Assembly (NCBI RefSeq): GCF_036383835.1
Contig: NZ_DASVNN010000012.1
Location: 26,424 to 58,423 of the forward strand
Origin: Ramlibacter sp.
Lineage (GTDB): Bacteria > Pseudomonadota > Gammaproteobacteria > Burkholderiales > Burkholderiaceae_C
Direction: 5' to 3'
Length of the DNA: 32,000 nt
The translations under genes were made by a program, and so were the position numbers. The notes beneath the pieces are model-generated. The model was not told the DNA's origin and searched no databases. It worked only from the letters and a program-made list of their open reading frames with translations. The stretch's first letter is position 1, and every line of letters begins with the position of its first letter. Of the stretch, positions 28,575 through 32,000 are shown piece by piece.

Positions 28575-28964
28575 TCAGTCGTACTTGACGTACTTGAAGC
28601 GCGGATCGTCGGGCGTGCCTTCCAGCGCGGAGCCTTCCTGCCGCCCCGGCTGCCACATCACCACCTCCTCGATCTTGCGCGCGAGTTCGAAGTCGCGGTC
28701 GGTGACGCCCTTGGCGGCGTGGTTCACCAGCTTGACGATGACGAAGGCATAGGACACCGTGAGATCGGGGTGATGCCATGCCGCCTCGGCCAGGTGCCCC
28801 ACGGTGTTCACCACCATCAGCGTGGATTTCCAGCCGCCGGTCTTGAACTTGCGGCGGATCCAGCCGTCCTCGAAATACCAGGTGGGCAGCTCGGCCTGGA
28901 GCCGCTCGTTGATTTCCTCCGGGGAGTAGACCTCGCCCGGGGAGCCCTTGCGCCATTGAGCCAT
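28575..28964 (-). CDS. Pterin-4a-carbinolamine dehydratase (PCD/DCoH) family protein
   Basis: [39 protein letters not shown] matches the PCD HHP-x5-[YW]...H...D pattern. GGAGG lies 5 nt upstream of the ATG. 129 aa. Confidence 0.8.
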   Translation of the reverse strand: MAQWRKGSPGEVYSPEEINERLQAELPTWYFEDGWIRRKFKTGGWKSTLMVVNTVGHLAEAAWHHPDLTVSYAFVIVKLVNHAAKGVTDRDFELARKIEEVVMWQPGRQEGSALEGTPDDPRFKYVKYD

Positions 28965-29009
28965 GGGGGCCTCCTTGCGATGCCGCGAAAGGGGCGGCAG
29001 GACAGGAGG

Positions 29010-29213
29010 CTAGTGCCGCGAGCGCAGTTCGCGCAACGCCTTTTCCATCTGCGGGAATACCGGATTGCGGATCGAGGCGGCGGCCTCGGCCTCGGCCGCG
29101 CGCGCGTCGAGCAGCGCCGCGAGATAGGGCAACACGCTGTGCGCGCCAAAGCCCCAGCGGCGGCCTTCGGGCAGCAGGCGGGAATGGGGCGGATGGAAGG
29201 GGGACTGGCGCAT
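29010..29213 (-). CDS. Small hypothetical protein (67 aa)
   Basis: The in-frame ATG at 29213 within ORF 29010..29333 gives [69 protein letters not shown] strongly dominates third codon positions. The ribosome-binding site is weak and I recognise no family. Confidence 0.35.
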   Translation of the reverse strand: MRQSPFHPPHSRLLPEGRRWGFGAHSVLPYLAALLDARAAEAEAAASIRNPVFPQMEKALRELRSRH

Positions 29214-29296
29214 ACGCAAGCTCGACACCGGCAGTGTGTCACAGAGCTCCGGTACAGGCCCCGCTTTTTTATTGGCCCACCGGGGACGCAGGGAAT

Positions 29297-29470
29297 TCAG
29301 GCGGTCGTGAGCAGGAATGCGAGCGCGGTCCACAGCAGCAGGCCCGCGCCTCCGGTGAGCCAGACCGCGGCGGCTTCGACGCCGCTTTCGGCCGGATCGC
29401 TGGACGGGATGCCCCAGGCCATCATGGTCGTGGGGGTCTCGGTACGGCCTTCGCGCTGGATCTCCGGCAT
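29297..29470 (-). CDS. Small hypothetical membrane protein (57 aa, C-terminal TM helix)
   Basis: [62 protein letters not shown] lies 6 nt upstream of the ATG at 29470. Third codon positions are G/C-rich. Confidence 0.4.
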   Translation of the reverse strand: MPEIQREGRTETPTTMMAWGIPSSDPAESGVEAAAVWLTGGAGLLLWTALAFLLTTA

Positions 29471-29633
29471 CGCCATTCCTTCACGCAACGAGCGGCCATC
29501 GTGGGATGCGGGTGCGGCCCACCTTGTCGGATTCCGCCTTCGCCTTGCGTAGTCGGCCCGCTGCCGGGTACGCCCGCCGGCGACCGACCTGGCGGGCGGC
29601 AGGCACAATGGGCGAGCGATCCGCGTTTCGACG

Positions 29634-30380
29634 ATGCACCTGCCCTGGCTCCAACCCGGCGACCCCTTCCCCGATCCCACCCACGCCTGGGACCAGAAGC
29701 AGCCGGCCCCCGGACTGCTGGCCGCCGGCGGCGCGCTCGACGTCGACAGCCTGCAGCGCGCCTACGCCCGCGGCATCTTCCCCTGGTTCAGCGAAGGCCA
29801 GCCCATCCTGTGGTGGAGCACGGACCCGCGCATGGTGCTGTCCACCGGCGAGTTCAGGCTGCACCGGTCGCTGCGCAAGACGATCGCGCGCTTCGCCGCG
29901 GATCCTCGCTGCGAGATCCGGTTCGACAGCGACTTCGACGCGGTGATCCAGGCCTGCGCCACCAGCGACCGGCCCGGCCAGTCCGGCACCTGGATCGTGC
30001 CGGCCATGGTGCAGGCCTACCGCGCCTTCCACCGCGCGGGCTTCGCGCACAGCGTCGAGACCTGGATCGACGGACAGCTCGCGGGCGGCCTCTACTGCGT
30101 GGTCCTGGGCCGCGCCGTGTTCGGCGAGTCGATGTTCACGAACGTGCCCGATGCGTCGAAGATCGCGCTCGCCGCGCTGGTCGCGTGGTCGCGCGCGCAC
30201 GAGGTCCCCGCGATCGACTGCCAGCAGAACACGCGGCATCTCGCCTCGCTCGGCGCGCGCGAGATCCCCAGGGCGGAATTTGTTCAACAAGTCGCCTTGC
30301 AGGCGCGCCGACCCCCTGCTCCGTGGCGATTCGAGCCCGTATACTGGAACGCAATCCTGCCGGACCCCCGAAGCGCGTGA
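29634..30380 (+). CDS. aat: Leucyl/phenylalanyl-tRNA--protein transferase
   Basis: [43 protein letters not shown] and GESMF are Aat motifs. 248 aa. Confidence 0.9.
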   Translation: MHLPWLQPGDPFPDPTHAWDQKQPAPGLLAAGGALDVDSLQRAYARGIFPWFSEGQPILWWSTDPRMVLSTGEFRLHRSLRKTIARFAADPRCEIRFDSDFDAVIQACATSDRPGQSGTWIVPAMVQAYRAFHRAGFAHSVETWIDGQLAGGLYCVVLGRAVFGESMFTNVPDASKIALAALVAWSRAHEVPAIDCQQNTRHLASLGAREIPRAEFVQQVALQARRPPAPWRFEPVYWNAILPDPRSA

Positions 30381-31117
30381 CGCACCTCAAGGACCTCCCG
30401 CTCCAGACGCTGCAGTTCTACGCAACGGCGCCTTACCCGTGCAGCTATCTTCCGGGCAAGCAGGCCCGCTCCCAGGTGGCCACGCCCAGCCACCTGATCC
30501 ACAACGACGCGTACTCGGACCTGGTCACCAGCGGTTTCCGCCGCAGCGGCATGTTCACGTACCGGCCCTATTGCGACGGTTGCCGCGCCTGCGTGCCGCT
30601 GCGCGTGGTGGTCGATGCGTTCGGCGCGACGCGCAGCCAGCGCCGCGCATGGAAGCAGCACGAGCACCTGCAGGCGCGCGTGCTCAAGCTCTGCTTCGTG
30701 CCGGAGCACTACCACCTGTACCTGCGCTACCAGACGGGCCGCCATGCGGGCGGCGGCATGGACCACGACAGCATCGACCAGTACACGCAGTTCCTGCTGC
30801 AGAGCCGGGTCAACTCGCGGCTCGTGGAATTCCGCGAGAAGCTGGCGGACGGCAGCACCGGGCCGCTGCGCATGGTGTCCATCCTCGACGTGCTCAACGA
30901 CGGCATCTCCGCCGTGTACACCTTCTACGAGCCGACCTCGGACGCGAGCTACGGCACCTACAGCGTGCTGTGGCAGATCGACCAGGCCCGGCGGCTGAAG
31001 CTGCCGCACGTGTACCTGGGCTACTGGATCGGCGAGAGTCCCAAGATGAATTACAAGGCCCGCTTCCACCCGCACGAAGTGCTGGTCGACGGCGAGTGGA
31101 AGCCCGGCCATTCCTGA
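30377..31117 (+). CDS. bpt: Arginyl-tRNA--protein transferase family (bacterial Bpt, aspartate/glutamate leucyltransferase)
   Basis: GTGA overlap with the aat stop. [49 protein letters not shown] and YLGYWI are Bpt motifs. Confidence 0.9.
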   Translation: MTHLKDLPLQTLQFYATAPYPCSYLPGKQARSQVATPSHLIHNDAYSDLVTSGFRRSGMFTYRPYCDGCRACVPLRVVVDAFGATRSQRRAWKQHEHLQARVLKLCFVPEHYHLYLRYQTGRHAGGGMDHDSIDQYTQFLLQSRVNSRLVEFREKLADGSTGPLRMVSILDVLNDGISAVYTFYEPTSDASYGTYSVLWQIDQARRLKLPHVYLGYWIGESPKMNYKARFHPHEVLVDGEWKPGHS

Positions 31118-31137
31118 GGCCGGCGCTGCGGAATGCA

Positions 31138-31160
31138 CCCGGAACTGGCCGGGCTCTTTT
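31138..31160 (+). terminator. Possible intrinsic terminator after bpt
   Basis: CCCGG-aactgg-CCGGG followed by ctctttt. A longer alternative pairing joins GCCCGGCC (31102-31109) to GGCCGGGC (31147-31154). The stem is short, so confidence is low. Confidence 0.35.
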
Positions 31161-31194
31161 CACCAGGTAAAATGGCGGACGAGGAAAAACCGCC

Positions 31195-31992
31195 ATGCGA
31201 AAAACCGACCCCCACGCCCCGGCCACGCCCACCATCCAGGTGATCGAGCGCATGTTCGCGCTGATCGACGTGCTGGCTTCGCGCGAGGAAGCGATCTCGC
31301 TCAAGGAGATCAGCGAGAAGACGGGCCTGCATCCCTCGACGACGCACCGGATCCTCAACGACCTCGCCACCGGCCGCTTCGTGGACCGGCCCGAGGCGGG
31401 CAGCTACCGGCTCGGCATGCGCCTGCTGGAACTCGGCAACATGGTGAAGGCCCGCCTCAACGTGCGCGACGCCGCTCTCTCGCCGATGCGCGAACTGCAC
31501 CGGCAGATCCAGCAGCCGGTGAACCTCAGCGTGCGCCAGGGCGACGAGATCGTGTATGTCGAGCGCGCCTACAGCGAGCGCTCCGGCATGCAGGTGGTGC
31601 GCGCGATCGGCGGCCGCGCGCCGCTGCACCTCACCTCCACCGGCAAGCTGTTCCTGGCCGCCGACGACGCACAGCGCGTGCGCGCCTATGCGACGCGCAC
31701 GGGCCTCGCGGGCCACACCAAGAACAGCATCACGCAGCTGCCCATCCTCGAGCGCGAACTGGCCAAGGCGCGCCAGTACGGCATCGCCCGCGACAACGAG
31801 GAACTGGAACTCGGCGTGCGCTGCATGGCCGCGGGCATCTACGACGACCAGGCCAAGCTGATCGCGGGCCTGTCGATCTCCGCGCCGGCCGATCGCCTCG
31901 ACGAGAACTGGCTGGTGAAGCTGCAGGCGACGGCCCAGGAGATCTCGACGGCGCTGGGATACAAGTCGCCGGCGCAGCGGCTGGCGGCCTGA
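31195..31992 (+). CDS. IclR-family transcriptional regulator
   Basis: The N-terminal winged HTH is ISLKEISEKTGLHPSTTHRILNDL. The IclR effector domain shows GGRAPLHLTSTGKLFLA and DNEELELGVRCMAAGIYD. 265 aa. Confidence 0.9.
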   Translation: MRKTDPHAPATPTIQVIERMFALIDVLASREEAISLKEISEKTGLHPSTTHRILNDLATGRFVDRPEAGSYRLGMRLLELGNMVKARLNVRDAALSPMRELHRQIQQPVNLSVRQGDEIVYVERAYSERSGMQVVRAIGGRAPLHLTSTGKLFLAADDAQRVRAYATRTGLAGHTKNSITQLPILERELAKARQYGIARDNEELELGVRCMAAGIYDDQAKLIAGLSISAPADRLDENWLVKLQATAQEISTALGYKSPAQRLAA

Positions 31993-32000
31993 AGCCCGCC

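Noticed and set aside
28561-28577. TGAGG-gtcggcg-CCTCA hairpin formed by the two convergent stop codons, as a bidirectional terminator
   Set aside because: The stem is only 5 bp and there is no U-tract on either strand. Not convincing as an intrinsic terminator.
29254-29285. T-run cttttttatt flanked by CCCCG/CGGGG, as an intrinsic terminator
   Set aside because: No stable hairpin immediately precedes the T-run on the plus strand, and no plus-strand gene ends there. On the minus strand it reads as an A-run. It is more likely promoter-region AT-richness for the 29213 ORF.

Overview
Very GC-rich window (about 70% by eye), which produces many long spurious shadow ORFs. It reads as a single densely packed methylotrophy (C1) island from a proteobacterium. 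The gene content and order fit a Burkholderiales-type betaproteobacterium, but that is inference only.

Gene content, left to right:
- A truncated sensor kinase gene.
- pqqABCDE (PQQ synthesis).
- fhcBADC on the minus strand (formyltransferase/hydrolase complex).
- A block of tetrahydromethanopterin (H4MPT) and methylofuran cofactor-biosynthesis genes: HisA/F-like, three ATP-grasp ligases, MfnF-, MfnE- and MfnB-like genes, DUF447, a DHPS-like gene, a DmrB/AfpA-like flavoprotein, a FolB-like gene, mptG and a CitG-like gene.
- mtdB, mch and fae.
- An XoxF-type (lanthanide-signature) PQQ dehydrogenase, followed by a small c-type cytochrome, XoxJ and two uncharacterised secreted proteins.
- At the right end, ordinary housekeeping genes: a PCD-like gene, aat, bpt and an IclR regulator.

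I saw no rRNA, tRNA, CRISPR array or mobile element.

Points most worth follow-up:
1. A GAF/AAA+ sigma-54 activator embedded in the island, with two near-consensus -24/-12 promoters (in front of fhcB and of the folB-like to xoxF string) and a shared upstream motif.
2. Two unknown secreted proteins translationally coupled to xoxF/cytochrome/xoxJ.
3. Unusual gene junctions: a CTGA junction implying a CTG start, head-to-head overlapping start codons, and convergent overlaps.

All functional calls rest on my recognition of protein motifs in the translations. No database search was run.
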